Source of the DNA: Octopus bimaculoides
Taxonomy: Eukaryota
Direction of reading: 5' to 3'
Assembly (NCBI RefSeq): GCF_001194135.2
Contig: NC_068986.1
Coordinates: forward strand, 110,519,983 to 110,575,739
DNA: 55,757 nt
The notes beneath the pieces were generated by a model. The model searched no databases, was not told where the DNA came from, and worked only from the letters and a program-made list of their open reading frames with translations. A program made the position numbers and the translations under genes. Positions within the stretch are counted from its first letter, which is position 1. Each line of letters starts with the position of its first letter. Shown here in pieces: positions 25,500 to 37,432 of this stretch.

Positions 25500-25690
25500 T
25501 TTATTTCTTTCAGTCCTTTGAGTGTAGCAATCCTGGATACCAACTTTAGTCGAACAAATCGACCCCAGCACTTAATCTGTCGGTATCCTTTGCCGAACCA
25601 CTAAGTTACGGGAACGTAACCACACCAGCATCGGTTGTCAAGCGGTGGTAGGGAGACAAACACAGACACACGGATATATACATACATACG
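25500..25690 (-). mobile_element. SINE family A, 3' half
   Basis: tttagtcgaacaaatcgaccccag...gccgaaccactaagttacgggaacg...gcatcggttgtcaagcgg. Confidence 0.8.
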
Positions 25691-25710
25691 TAAGCAGCTC
25701 AAATCCAACC

Positions 25711-26364
25711 TCCCTTACCAGTTTAGAGAAGTTATAGAAAAGAATTTCACAGAAATTCAAGATACTATTCGATTATTAATTCACACCGAATCAGAATAGG
25801 GTTTTCTAACACAAAAATCTTTAACAAATCATCTCTTCGGATAGTAATAAGTTGTTAAATATAAATCCACTTATTAATAATACTAACATTGATTTTGTTA
25901 ACACTAACCATTCTTTACATAATAATAACAGCGGGGTTATTGCTTCTGAAATTGACTCCAATCGCATTCGTTTTCTTAACAGTAATTCTAAGACTAAAAC
26001 TCTATTTAACAATGTAAATTTACTTCCAGTTCTGACGTCGTCTTTTTACGGAGGTAGTTCTTCATTTCAGTTGTCCAAAAGAATATCTAATCATTACTCT
26101 ACATTTAGGCATATCAATAAACGTAACAATACTGGGCTTAGTAAATTAATTTGGTATATAAAAGATCATAATAAACAAATTCTCTTGGAAGGGAATATCC
26201 TCTCTATTTCTTTACCGTATGATAAAGGCAAATCTTTTTGATAGCCTTGTAACAGTGTAATTTGGCTTGTTCTGTTCACAGAGAATCTCCTTGTAAACAC
26301 GTTTATAGAACGCGTTTATCGTTGCAAACATTGGCAGAAACAAACTTTTAGTTCCTATAAGTGA
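25711..26364 (+). pseudogene. Decayed PLE ORF C-terminus (RT-EN linker plus GIY-YIG-type endonuclease with C-terminal Cys/His tail; Hydra-clade-like)
   Basis: KIFNKSSLRIVISC (different frame), then FYGGSSSFQLSKRISNHYSTFRHINKRNNTGLSKLIWYIKD...F**PCNSVIWLVLF...YRCKHWQKQTF*. Matches the YIG...KR.NNH...F...T.LSKYIW.LK...CxxC...C(R/K)H pattern I recall; has a frameshift and stops. Confidence 0.75.
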
Positions 26365-26701
26365 TTTCTACCATTCTATAAAATTAAACCTTTGACTGTC
26401 GTCTTACATTTCACTTCCTCCAAATATATCTGCTTCCATGCTTTTAATCTTTATTCTAATACACCTATCACTCTATATCTCTCCACTCTTAGTTTTTTTG
26501 TTAATTTCTTACTTTCTCCTCCTTCTCTTTCTATAAACTACCTTGGCCTTGCATCTACTAACAGTTTTTAAAAAAAGAACAAAAAAAACTTGATAGCGTT
26601 CCCTTCATCATATACGCAGTCACCACATTCTGTTAAAATGTCTTACTGATGTAAATTATTTACATCATTTGCATTTGACGGATATTTGTCCTCATCTTGT
26701 T

Positions 26702-26747
26702 AACACAATGTTTCGGCTGATATACCCTCCAGCCTTCATCAGGTGTC
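26702..26747 (-). ncRNA. Minimal type I hammerhead ribozyme motif
   Basis: gacac-CTGATGA-a-ggctg(gagggtatat)cagcc-GAAAC-ATT-gtgtt. Core boxes are perfect, helix II is 5 bp, helix I is gacac/gtgtt, helix III is minimal; the cleavage triplet reads AUU. Confidence 0.75.
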
Positions 26748-26816
26748 TTGGGGGAAATTTCGAACCTGGGTTCTCATTCCTAAAGTACTTTTTGATATTA
26801 TTATTATTATTATTAA

Positions 26817-26887
26817 GGTCACTACCTGGAATTGAACTCGGAATCTTGGGGTTAGTAGCCTGCACTCTTAACCATTATGCCATATTT
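26817..26887 (-). promoter_or_regulatory. tRNA-derived Pol III-type promoter module (not a functional tRNA)
   Basis: TGGCATAATGG (A-box-like), anticodon-arm-like gg-CTACTAA-cc, GAGTTCAATTCC (B box GTTCRANNC); no convincing acceptor stem. Confidence 0.7.
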
Positions 26888-26919
26888 CCGTGCGCAATTA
26901 TGGAGTCAATTTTTAGGGC

Positions 26920-27148
26920 TTATAAATCTAATATTTTCCTATCCTTCCTTAATACCAGTTCCCATATGCTATTCATATATGTACTCGGTCTGCTTAGGAG
27001 GTTGTTGTGTCCAAGCATATGTACTGCTTCTTTTAGTTTTCGTATTTTCTAGTGGTGTTCCCTGTATATTATTTGAACTTCATCTCAAGGGGAGGTGGTC
27101 TCCATTTTTCCATACATGATCAGCTATACCTGATTTATCCATATCTCC
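26920..27148 (-). pseudogene. GIY-YIG endonuclease C-terminus of a Penelope/Poseidon-type PLE
   Basis: GDMDKSGIADHVWKNGDHLPL[frameshift]DEVQIIYREHH*KIRKLKEAVHMLGHNNLLSRPSTYMNSIWELVLRKDRKILDL*; shows the two His of the CCHH motif, R..KEA.H and N...R...W. Confidence 0.8.
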
Positions 27149-27888
27149 NNNNNNNNNNNNNNNNNNNNNNNNNNNNNNNNNNNNNNNNNNNNNNNNNNNN
27201 NNNNNNNNNNNNNNNNNNNNNNNNNNNNNNNNNNNNNNNNNNNNNNNNNNNNNNNNNNNNNNNNNNNNNNNNNNNNNNNNNNNNNNNNNNNNNNNNNNNN
27301 NNNNNNNNNNNNNNNNNNNNNNNNNNNNNNNNNNNNNNNNNNNNNNNNNNNNNNNNNNNNNNNNNNNNNNNNNNNNNNNNNNNNNNNNNNNNNNNNNNNN
27401 NNNNNNNNNNNNNNNNNNNNNNNNNNNNNNNNNNNNNNNNNNNNNNNNNNNNNNNNNNNNNNNNNNNNNNNNNNNNNNNNNNNNNNNNNNNNNNNNNNNN
27501 NNNNNNNNNNNNNNNNNNNNNNNNNNNNNNNNNNNNNNNNNNNNNNNNNNNNNNNNNNNNNNNNNNNNNNNNNNNNNNNNNNNNNNNNNNNNNNNNNNNN
27601 NNNNNNNNNNNNNNNNNNNNNNNNNNNNNNNNNNNNNNNNNNNNNNNNNNNNNNNNNNNNNNNNNNNNNNNNNNNNNNNNNNNNNNNNNNNNNNNNNNNN
27701 NNNNNNNNNNNNNNNNNNNNNNNNNNNNNNNNNNNNNNNNNNNNNNNNNNNNNNNNNNNNNNNNNNNNNNNNNNNNNNNNNNNNNNNNNNNNNNNNNNNN
27801 NNNNNNNNNNNNNNNNNNNNNNNNNNNNNNNNNNNNNNNNNNNNNNNNNNNNNNNNNNNNNNNNNNNNNNNNNNNNNNNNNNNNNNNN
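27149..27888. other. Assembly gap hiding the rest of the PLE
   Basis: N run starting inside the EN reading frame. Confidence 1.
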
Positions 27889-27923
<35 letters not shown>

Positions 27924-28769
27924 ACACACCCTCACACGAACACACAAATCATGCAATAAATACATCTTGTTTGTCTTGTCAATAACGAAATTGTATACTA
28001 AATGCGTGTGTATGTATGGATGATTATGTATGTATGTATATATGTAAGTGCGTGTGATACATACACATACACGCAACCACATCCACAAACATACCCCCCA
28101 CACATAAATATATACATATACATACGTACATATATATATATACATATATATGATATATATACATATATATACACATATATATATATACATATATACACAT
28201 ATATATATACGTATATATATACACATATATATATATATAGGATGATACACATTGTGAGAGACAAAAATAGTGAAAACTAGAGCGACGAAGACAGAGAGAC
28301 GAAGCGAGAAAGGGCAATATATAAACTATTGACACGTGACACATATATAGTTTTACATATATACGTATATATATATATATATATATATATNNNNNNNNNN
28401 TGTGTGTGTGTGTGTGTGTGAGTGTGTGTGTGTGTGTGTGTGTGTATCTGAAAAGATATGAACGTAGACTGTCAGGAAAACAATGTTACCGTTACTAAGC
28501 AGTGTCATTTGTCACGGTTGTATAAAGATATCAAGGAACCGGAGAGTCTTATTAATTATAATGTAATTTACTCCGATGCAAGCTTATAAAATGTCAATAG
28601 GAATATTGAAAATAGACGTGAGTGTTGTCATGACAACAAGATCGATCACACACACACACATTCTGCGATACATTTATTATGGAGGAAAATACATACATAT
28701 GCGCATGTGTATATATTCATGTGTGTGTGTATATATCCGGTATATTTATACCTATCAATATATATATAC

Positions 28770-28813
<44 letters not shown>

Positions 28814-28944
28814 GTGTATATATGTGTATGNNNNNNNNNNATATATACATATGTGTATATATGTGTATGCATGTGTATCAATATTCATATAAGCACATAT
28901 AGATATGCATACACACACGCAGACTCACACACACACATAATTGA

Positions 28945-29070
28945 AATTTATAAAAAAAATAAAAGAGGAAGACAGGTCTATGAACAAGAAACGGGTGTAT
29001 AAGTTTGACGCTTGGGAAAATGAAAAAGTCTTTTACGTTTCGAGCCTACGCTCTTCAAAAGAGATGAATA
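28945..29070 (-). mobile_element. PLE-type terminal fragment with a hammerhead-like motif
   Basis: Minus strand ct-CTTTTGA-a-gagc(gtag)gctc-GAAAC-GTA-aaaga; perfect 4-bp helix II, core box altered. Confidence 0.65.
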
Positions 29071-29089
29071 AAAAGAAATAAATAACTAA

Positions 29090-29126
<37 letters not shown>

Positions 29127-29820
29127 CGTGCGTGTGTGTGCGTGTGTCTTTATGCCGATATGTATGTATGACTATATATATATATAGGTAAAATTTATTC
29201 AATAATTATTTATCAGTGACTAACATGTGTACTAAGAGTCAAAAGACATAACTATTTTTAAATATATTAGTGAAACATACACGAAGAGAAAAAACACCAT
29301 GTGGATTTCTTGCATGCTAAAAATGGCATTCAAAACCTAAAACCATAAAAGAATATTCTTACAATAACGCACGTTGATTTGTACACGAGAAATTCATTTG
29401 GTTAAATAAAGCATAAACATTATATTTGTAAGTTTCGCTCTTACTGACCAAATAAATCAACTAATAAGATATCTAACTGATTATTTTAATCATCCGTAGG
29501 TCAATAGTAAGGTCGCTAATTAAATGCATAAACATAAAAATGCAATACTTACCGAAAACACAAAGTAGACCCATACGCACTCAGTTCCATGTCTATACAT
29601 CCTGGATTTATCTCAGAATACCCTGAAAACAATGTGCGACATCAGAGTAGGATAGCAGTAAATAAATTCAAACGTATACATCTGGCTGAAGAATTTAAAT
29701 ATTTAACTTGATAAATATAAGCGGAAATTACAAAATAGTCATTTACCACTCGCTAGCATGCGAAATAAGAGTCAAAAGAGATAAGTATTTTAAAATATAT
29801 GTTACATATATTATATACAT

Positions 29821-29855
<35 letters not shown>

Positions 29856-29860
<5 letters not shown>

Positions 29861-30120
29861 TTTTATACTTCTAATTGTTTCTGTCATTTGACTGACGCCA
29901 TTCTGGGGCACCGACTTTAATCGAGCAAATCAACCCCAGGGCTTATTCTTTGTAAGCCTAGTACTTATTCTATCGGTCTTTTACCGAAAAGTTAAGTTAC
30001 GGGGACATAAGCACACTAACATCGGTTGTCAAGCAATATTGAGGGACAAACAGAGACACACATATACACACACCCACACACACAGATATACACGTACACA
30101 GATACACACACACGCGCACG

Positions 30121-30158
<38 letters not shown>

Positions 30159-30350
30159 NNNNNNNNNNNNNNNNNNNNNNNNNNNNNNNNNNNNNNATAT
30201 ATATATATATATATTCGACAGGCTTCTTTCAGTTTCCGTCTACTAAATCCACTCACGAGGCTTTGTCCGCCCCTGGATATAGTAGAAGACGCTTGCCCAA
30301 ATTGCCACGCAGTAGGGTTGAACCCTAAACCATGTGGTTTGTAAGCACAA
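29856..30350 (-). mobile_element. Near full-length SINE family A with a gap in its internal (CA)n/(TA)n
   Basis: Aligns end to end with 13276-13717. Confidence 0.9.
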
Positions 30351-30363
30351 ACACACACGCACA

Positions 30364-30410
<47 letters not shown>

Positions 30411-31095
30411 ACACATGTATATATACAGAGAAGGAGAGAGGGAGAGAGGGAAAAATAAAGAAATGGAGTTAAATGCAGGTGTTATTCAAATCTTTATACT
30501 TCCGACATATGTTTCGATTTAAACGTTGGTATTATTCCAGAGGGAATGAAATGATGTAAAACAATGAGTTCTAGTCAGGAAAAAAAGTGAGAAACAAAAC
30601 ACATCAATAAGCCATTTTAACCGAATGTGATTACTGCGTATATGATGATGGGAAATTTGGCAAGTTATTTCTTTTTAAACCGCTAATAGGTTTCACGTCA
30701 AATGCAATTTATAGAAAGAGAAGGAGGAGAAAGAAAGAAATTAGCAGAAAACTAAGAGTGGAGAAATGTAGTGCGATAGCTGATTGGGAATATAGCTTAA
30801 AGGCGTGGAAATAGATGTATTCAGTGGAAATGAAATGTAAGAAGATAGTTAAAGGTCGAATGTTATAGAGTGCTAGAAAGGTATGATTTTGCCAATGATT
30901 GCAACGATAAACGCGTTCTTTAAACGTATTTTCAAGGAATTCTCTGAGACCAGGACGAGATAGAGTTCTTCGTTACAGAGCGGAAAAGAAAATTTACCTT
31001 TATCATATGGAAAGGACCTAGATAGAATATTCCATTCCAAATCAAATCGTTTATTATGTTCCGTTAGTAAATTAATTTGGTCTCTATTTCCTTAG

Positions 31096-31171
31096 ACAGC
31101 TGGCTCGATTTGAAGAATCCGTTCGTGAGCCCCTCATACGACATTCTAACCACATATCTGTAGTATCGTAG
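31096..31171 (+). other. Candidate terminal exon behind a tandem acceptor
   Basis: ggtctctatttccttAG|acAG|; phase-2 readings QLARFEESVREPLIRHSNHISVVS* or WLDLKNPFVSPSYDILTTYL*. Confidence 0.2.
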
Positions 31172-31177
31172 CTGTGA

Positions 31178-31317
31178 CTTCTCAATACAGAGAATTAGTG
31201 AGTCGAACAGATCTTCTCAATACCGAGAAATAGTGAATCGAAGAGATCTTCTCAATATGGAGAAATAGTAAATCGAGCAGATCTTCTCCATACGAAGATA
31301 TAATGAGTCGAACAATA
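31178..31317. repeat. 35-bp minisatellite, 4 diverged units
   Basis: Units start at 31178, 31213, 31248 and 31283 (cttctcaatac..gagaa.tagtga.tcgaa.agat). Confidence 0.9.
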
Positions 31318-32616
31318 GATATTCGAGCTACGCATCGTCTCGAGTAACTTTACTCCACAGATCCTCCGAAAGAATCACTTTACGGCCGCTTGCATTCATG
31401 ACCCAACCTTCATGGTTTGAATCACGAATTGAAGTTAGCAAACTTAATGGAATATTCTTGCCTAATATTCAACTTGGAAGATCGAACTACAAATGTTGAT
31501 CGTACGAAGGAAATAAAATTTCTTGATCAGGATTTGAAAGCGGAACGTAGACGAATGAATATAGAAAACGCCATGAGAAATTTATTTTACTGATTCTGCC
31601 ATTTCAACGCCCTCATGAACTGCAATAATACTATAATGCATGAAAATTCGATTGACCTACTGTCCGAAAAACAATACAAAAGATGTGAATAAAGAAAATA
31701 AGAAGAATGGGAGCTTGAAATAACCTTACCATAGTTTGGTGTGCCAGAATATGGACAGAAAACTGGAGAAAAAGAGAGGAAAACGATATTTTATTTTAGG
31801 AATAAAATTAAAAAAACAAAATATATATATCAGCAAAAGTTTAAGCAAATCAATCAATAAAAAGAAAAATAGAAAGTAATAAAATATCTCTAAACGAACA
31901 AAGTATGTGCTAAAGAAATTTGAGGTTTGCTAAACTCATCAATATTCTTGGCGTTCTCCTGCGTTTGAAGAGGAGTATTAGTCGTCTGAACAATGGAGGT
32001 CATTGTTGTTATCCACAAGTCCAGCTGTCAGAAATGACGCTGCAAAAATAACAGCTTCTGCTCCGCACGTTGTCGAGTGGACTACTAATGTGAGTTCAAT
32101 ATCGGACGGACATATAAGATACTACACTCAACACTTCTTTCTCGTCTAAAATAGACGTTGGAAAAGAAAAATATATGTAAAAAAAAAAAGACCACCAAAA
32201 CAATAGCAAAAATAAAAATAAAAAACGGTCGTCTGCTTTAAAGAGTCTTCTCCAATTTCTTCTTTCATTTATTAATCTTGTTATTATTTCTTTTGGTTCA
32301 TACGATATTTTTATCATCATATCCAATTTTCTTTTCACCAGAAATGGAGGAAGAAATACAACTCTACGTATGTATGCGAGTGAATATGTGTTGCGTGTTG
32401 TTTGCGTGTTGATAGGTGTGTGGTATATGCATCGAATTATGTATGTGTGAGAAAGATTTTCGAACACAATAGATATACATTTATCCGAAAAATACTTACA
32501 AATAATGCTTACACATGCTCGAATACAGCGACATACACACATGCATATATACATACAAACATACATACATATATACATACAAACATTATATATATATATC
32601 TGTATNNNNNNNNNNC

Positions 32617-32642
32617 TATGTACCTACCAACCTACTTATCTT

Positions 32643-32705
<63 letters not shown>

Positions 32706-32800
32706 ATCTATCTATCAGTATATCTATCTATCTATCCATCTATCTATCTATCTATCCATCTATCTATCTATCTATCTATCTATCGATCTATCGATCTATC
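32617..32800. repeat. (TATC)n microsatellite
   Basis: Read directly. Confidence 0.95.
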
Positions 32801-33789
32801 TCTATCTTTTTCTCTTACATATTTATATTTGTGTATATGTGCATATACATATGTTCACATCTGCAAACACAGACACACTACACACACACATAGGAATTTA
32901 AACTTTCTTTCTCGATGACTGCTGGTATTAGCTGTATATTGGCGTATTTATTTACACGTCTGTGTTCAAATCCTGTGTTTCAATGATCGAAGGAAAATAA
33001 CAGAAATATTAGTCAAATATTGAGATTGATTTTATTGTTTTCACTCCTGGCACTGAAGAATTCTTTTATTATTTTTTTTGACAACGTAACAGTTTCGTAA
33101 TCAATACATAATTGTTTTGAAAACGCTCCCATTTCCACCCAGACACACTACTCAAATATTCCCTGATGGCCTGCTACAGCATTAGCCAAATCTTAAAAAT
33201 TCTTGTAATGAACGATTCATTCTGAATATGAAGCATAAAATGTTTGAGGGAAAATCTATTTTCTTCTCAAATTCGATATTCAAACTTATGCGATTGGATA
33301 CACGAAGCAGCGAGAGAAATTACATCAACATAAGATTTGTTCAAATAGTTTCAGGAGGTACTTGAATCTGTGATGAATATGAATGGAATATTTATCAAAT
33401 ATATTTTAAATGGTTTGAAATTTGTATTATTTTCTTCACTCCTTCGGGCTACAACTCACGACTTTTATTTTTTTCGGACTGGTAGACTATATGCACAATC
33501 ATTAAATTTTGATTATGGTGTTTTAAGCCCTTTCTGACTTAAACAAGAAGTTTGTATCCAAATCTATGCCAGTGTCAGAGATGACGCTAAGATCTCAGAA
33601 AATGTAAGTGGCAAGAAGCAGGGAACGGATGGTTTGCGCTTCGATCTCTTGAGAGTAAAGTTGTGTAATAATCTCATTTAGTTTCGGCGTTATTTCATAA
33701 CATCCAGACCTCAACAGTACTAACGGACTTTATCAGAAAATAGCTGGTATCATTCTCTTTGTCTCCAAATGTATACATGCTATTTTATG

Positions 33790-33893
33790 TGAATGTCTAG
33801 TAAGAAGTTTGCTTCTCAACAATATGGTTCCGGGTTCAGTCCTACTGCATGTCACCTTGAGCAAGCGTCATCTACTATAGCCTCAAGTCGAAC

Positions 33894-33924
<31 letters not shown>

Positions 33925-34152
33925 AGTGTGGGTGTGTGTGTCTTAGTGTCTGTGTTTGTGCCCGTCACCGCTTGAAAACCGGTGTTGGTGTTTTTACGTC
34001 CCCGTAACTTAGCGGTTAGACAAAAGAGACCGATAGAATAAGTACCAGGCTTAAAATATAAGTACTGGTGTCGAAACATTCGATTAAAATTTCAAGGCGG
34101 TGCCCCAGCATGGCCGTGGTCTAATGAGTGAATCAACTAAAAGATACAAGAC
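33790..34152 (+). mobile_element. SINE family A
   Basis: gggttcagtcc B-box-like, ccttgagcaagcgtc block, internal (TA)/(TG), cccgtaacttagcgg body, ggcggtgccccagcatggcc tail. Confidence 0.85.
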
Positions 34153-34949
34153 AAGAGAGAGAGAGAGAGAGAAAGAGACATACACCCATGTATATACATA
34201 CATGCATATATATACGTGTGTGCGTGTGCATGTGTATCAATATACGTGGATACACATACACGCACAATCAAACACACACACGCGCATATGTGTTTATACA
34301 CCCTTCAAGCTTAAAATTTCATATGACCATCACTACTTTCGCTCTTTATAGAACGTCTCAAAATCAGTTCTGCATATATGCTGTATTTCTTCGTATGCTT
34401 TCAATGTTTTGCGAAGCAGATATTTTTTGAAATTTCACGTTGTCAAATTAATTTACAACTTGAAATATCAAATAATTACGATGCCATATTTTTCTCTTGT
34501 GTCCGTGCTCCGTTTTTTTCTTCTTTAATCAATTTCTCTAATTCCGTATTTTTTCTTTCTTCTCGTCTACTTCCTTCGTTTACATGTTTACTTTAATGAA
34601 ATGCTTTAATTTCTTTGAAAGCCTTAGAAACATTAATCAAATATATATCTTAGGTGTATTTTCAGTATTTATCATCTCTGATTTTATATTTCATTACCTT
34701 TTTCTTCTTCAAAGCATTATATTCCACAGTTAGCAAACCTGTCAATGTAAATATACAACTAGACATTACGTCCTCTGCTCTTTGTTTTCATCGCCATTTC
34801 TTTGGTTCTAAGTCTATTCACTGCTCTAAATGATTTAGTAAATAATTTGTAATTTTGAATGCTCTGATCTGTATATTTCCATCACCATTTCTCTAATTCT
34901 AACATGCTCCACTTATGCTTCTTCGCATACTTGTATTACATTTCCTAAA

Positions 34950-35163
34950 GGTGGTGAGCTGGCAGGATAAGGGTTCTGTCAGGAAAATTGCTTAGCCGCA
35001 TTTCGTTAGTCTTCACGTTCCGAGTTCAAAATCCGGTGAGGTTAGCATTGCTTTTAATCGTTTCGGTGCCGATAAAATAAACACCAGTTGAACACTGGGG
35101 TCATATTATTGACTCCCTTCCTCTGAATTGCTGACTTGTGCAAAAATTTGGAACCAATTTGAA
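34950..35163 (+). mobile_element. Old SINE family C with a 10-bp target-site duplication
   Basis: ggtggtgagctggcag head, gagttcaaa B-box-like; ATTTCCTAAA at 34940-34949 and 35164-35173. Confidence 0.75.
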
Positions 35164-36009
35164 ATTTCCTAAACATTCTGTAACCTTAATTTGCTTGAAT
35201 TTCTCTTTCTGAAATAGCCGAGACAAATTTAAGAAACATATGTTACATCAAACCAGTGCGTGTATGCGCGCACATATTTGACACATATATATGTGTGTGT
35301 ATGTGTATGTGTGTGTGTGTGTATCTGTGCGTGTGTGTGTGCGCGCGTGTTTATTGGCACACAGTTGATAAGTGAATTTGTTACCTCACTTTCAACGCAA
35401 CCGTATAACCAGCGTATGGTCAATTTTCGATCATTCTATAAATATAAAATATTTATTTCTCAGTTCATACATGGATTAATTTTAACAATAAAAGTTTTTA
35501 TAATTTTATTCGAGAAATTTTAAATTGTGATAGGAAATAATAGCTTCTATTTCTAGCAGACTGATTAAATGTCAACAAACATTTACTAATGTCTTTCAAC
35601 ATCTATATAACCGGTTAAACTATTTTATGAATCCATTATTTGAAATAATGCCAAAGAAATATTGAAAATCAAACAGGTTGGATGGGTCGTTCTGATCGAA
35701 GATATTGTTTTTCCAGCGTTTCTCTGGATTAAGCTTAATGAGAAACATTATCGATATACGCTATTTCTATTGGTAGCAGGTTGTGCGGATATGCAGCCGT
35801 TTCTTAAATGCAGTAAGTGCGTGAATGAAAATGTTTGGGATATTTCAAACGCATTGGATCCATATCATTTTCTTCTTTACATTGGATAGAAATACAACAA
35901 TTCAAGCAGAAACTTGGAGTGTGCTACTTGCTGAACAAACCTACCTTAAAGGACCTTGAAGTCCCAAACAATTGTATCTTTGGTATATAGGGTATATACA
36001 TAATACACA

Positions 36010-36052
<43 letters not shown>

Positions 36053-36835
36053 NNNNNNNNNNNNNNNNNNNNNNNNNNNNNNNNNNNNNNNNNNNNNNNN
36101 NNNNNNNNNNNNNNNNNNNNNNNNNNNNNNNNNNNNNNNNNNNNNNNNNNNNNNNNNNNNNNNNNNNNNNNNNNNNNNNNNNNNNNNNNNNNNNNNNNNN
36201 NNNNNNNNNNNNNNNNNNNNNNNNNNNNNNNNNNNNNNNNNNNNNNNNNNNNNNNNNNNNNNNNNNNNNNNNNNNNNNNNNNNNNNNNNNNNNNNNNNNN
36301 NNNNNNNNNNNNNNNNNNNNNNNNNNNNNNNNNNNNNNNNNNNNNNNNNNNNNNNNNNNNNNNNNNNNNNNNNNNNNNNNNNNNNNNNNNNNNNNNNNNN
36401 NNNNNNNNNNNNNNNNNNNNNNNNNNNNNNNNNNNNNNNNNNNNNNNNNNNNNNNNNNNNNNNNNNNNNNNNNNNNNNNNNNNNNNNNNNNNNNNNNNNN
36501 NNNNNNNNNNNNNNNNNNNNNNNNNNNNNNNNNNNNNNNNNNNNNNNNNNNNNNNNNNNNNNNNNNNNNNNNNNNNNNNNNNNNNNNNNNNNNNNNNNNN
36601 NNNNNNNNNNNNNNNNNNNNNNNNNNNNNNNNNNNNNNNNNNNNNNNNNNNNNNNNNNNNNNNNNNNNNNNNNNNNNNNNNNNNNNNNNNNNNNNNNNNN
36701 NNNNNNNNNNNNNNNNNNNNNNNNNNNNNNNNNNNNNNNNNNNNNNNNNNNNNNNNNNNNNNNNNNNNNNNNNNNNNNNNNNNNNNNNNNNNNNNNNNNN
36801 NNNNNNNNNNNNNNNNNNNNNNNNNNNNNNNNNNN
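36053..36835. other. Assembly gap between (CA)n and (TG)n
   Basis: N run. Confidence 1.
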
Positions 36836-36884
36836 AGTATACATATGTGTGTGTGAGTGAGTGTGTGTGTGTGTGTGAGTGTGT

Positions 36885-36927
<43 letters not shown>

Positions 36928-37432
36928 TGCATACAAAAAAACTGGCGCAATAGACTGCTTAAGATTTCCACCTTGTATGTAAGCAGTACATGGTTTGAAC
37001 CCGCGCCCTTCCCAACATATGTAATGAATTTAACAAATTATTCGGTCGACTCAGGCATCTTGAAGTGATTAAAGTGGGCAGACGGACTGTTTATAGTCAC
37101 GTCACACAAACAGTACCTGCATTTCATTTGTCCAGCATTGCTGCAATGCATTTTGCTAATCCAGTTTTAGTATTACTTGGAACGATCAGTCACTTCGAAT
37201 GTTAATTCAACGAGTAGGTCATCCAGTCGATCTACCTGCCATCATTTCATAGGTCGAAATCGACAGGAAAGTCCATCGTTAGCATTGTTATGCACATATG
37301 TCATTATATACATTCCAACATTTCGTACGTGTGTGAACAGGTCATTCATGTTTATGATCAGAGAACAGTTACAGACCCCGAGTAGAAGCATGTCATCCGT
37401 ACCAAACATAAGGAAATATTCGTAGAGGGCAA

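Larger units (their letters stand above)
26647..27148 (-). mobile_element. 3' end of a Penelope/Poseidon-type PLE: EN C-terminus, tRNA-like module, (AAT)n, hammerhead, tail
   Basis: Four recognisable modules colinear on the minus strand; the 5' part is lost in the gap starting at 27149. Confidence 0.8.

Noticed and set aside
26239-26241. TGA at a probable Cys position of the Hydra-like EN (selenocysteine idea, as in some Naiad PLEs)
   Set aside because: Immediately followed by TAG and the ORF has a frameshift; ordinary decay is simpler.
26817-26887. Functional tRNA gene (also considered for the SINE heads at 13717, 46024 and 46502)
   Set aside because: No proper acceptor stem or cloverleaf; embedded in retroelement sequence.
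31178-31317. CRISPR-like array
   Set aside because: Contiguous diverged tandem units without spacers; eukaryotic context; no cas genes.
35780-35812. 33-nt phase-1 exon candidate (GCADMQPFLKC)
   Set aside because: Moderate acceptor and no phase-compatible partner identified.
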